A stretch of 63,008 nucleotides of DNA, filler included, from Octopus bimaculoides (taxonomy: Eukaryota), in NCBI RefSeq assembly GCF_001194135.2. It is 4 parts of 4 records of this genome, joined end to end, with 100 filler letters (N's around TTAATTAATTAA, not from the genome) between each part and the next. Parts side by side here need not be neighbours in the genome. Positions count along the whole stretch, not along the records: positions 55,050 to 63,008 come from NC_068985.1; 3 more parts are not named here. One strand, given 5' to 3'. The position numbers and the translations under genes were made by a program. Positions 62,114 to 63,008 of the stretch are shown here, in pieces. Every line of letters starts with the position of its first letter. Position 1 is the stretch's first letter. The notes beneath the pieces are model-generated. The model was not told the DNA's origin, did no database searches, and was given only the letters and a program-made list of their open reading frames with translations.

Positions 62114-62659
62114 ATTAAGGGATCAGCAAAAGTTGCTTCACCACATAGCGAAATTTATAAATAGCAGTTAAAATACTAATTCTTCTACTACAATATATCT
62201 CCAGAGATAGCAATACTTGCAACTACCATAGGCAAAAGAGAAGAAAAAATAATGAAACCAACCAGCTTTAGTTAATCATGTATGCGTTTCGGGATTACAA
62301 TGGTATAAAATTCATTTCCTTCTTCAGCATGATATTTTAGGTTATAAATTTGAAAATGCTGACAAAAAACCATGCATGCTCGATTAGGCGACATCGAACA
62401 TCACATAAGAGAAACAGCATTTCCGAATTTATAGGTAGGAGCTCTCTGAACTTTGCCCAGGGTATTCTTATTCTAGCAGCTCTCCTTTCAGAGAGGATCC
62501 ACTCCCGCTACTGTCTTGGTTACTTAGGTAATGGAAGCTATCAAATATATATATATATATATATATATACGATGAGCTTCTTTCCATTTCTGTCTACCAA
62601 ATCCACTCAAAAGGCCTTGGTTGCCTAGAGGCTATAGAAGACACTTGCCCAAGGTGCCA

Positions 62660-62698
<39 letters not shown>

Positions 62699-62905
62699 TT
62701 TATCCTTGTTTGAGACATGAGACAACGGCCATGCTGGGGCACTACTTTGAAGCTGTTTTAGTGGAATGAATCAACACTAGTACTTATTCTTTTTTATGCC
62801 TGGGACTTAAAGTATTGGTCTCTTTTGTTGAACCACTAAGTTAAGGGGACATAAACACACCAACAACAGTTGTCAAGTAGAGACTGGGTACAAACGCAAA
62901 AACAC
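61845..62905 (-). mobile_element. SINE family A pieces: 3' half 61845-62100, 5' part 62560-62660, another 3' half 62695-62905
   Basis: Family motifs gtttcagt.atttga..gaccccaggactta..ggggacgtaaacac and ctaccaaatccactc..gaagacacttgcccaaggtgcc. Confidence 0.8.
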
Positions 62906-62910
62906 ATACA

Positions 62911-62947
<37 letters not shown>

Positions 62948-63008
62948 ATATTATTATATATATATATATATCATCATCATCATCGTTTAACGTCCGCTTT
63001 CCATGCTA

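Overview
AT-rich, microsatellite-dense animal DNA with many N gaps, most consistent with a coleoid cephalopod (Octopus-type) draft assembly. That attribution is inferred from repeat content and was not checked by search. Two host genes are supported, both on the minus strand. One is an intronless beta-adrenergic-like octopamine receptor CDS (700-1824). The other is the last two coding exons of an unidentified gene (59171-59355 and 58760-58994, joined in frame by canonical splice sites). The rest is intergenic or intronic. It contains several tRNA-derived SINE families, plus decayed fragments of two Helitrons, R4/Dong and CR1 LINEs, mariner and maT/Tc1 transposons, a probable solo LTR and small fold-back elements. 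The top lead is 57011-57420: a Pol III tRNA-like head between two inverted arms, each carrying a minimal type I hammerhead-ribozyme motif of the kind linked to Penelope-like retroelements. This suggests a ribozyme-bearing SINE mobilised by Penelope machinery. Two more decayed hammerhead-like motifs lie at 30076 and 38831. The second lead is a 185-bp near-identical inverted copy of the LTR-like segment 29543-29727 inserted into a SINE 4 kb away, with junctions that look like templated break repair. Nearly all other ORFs in the track are artefacts of gaps or simple repeats.
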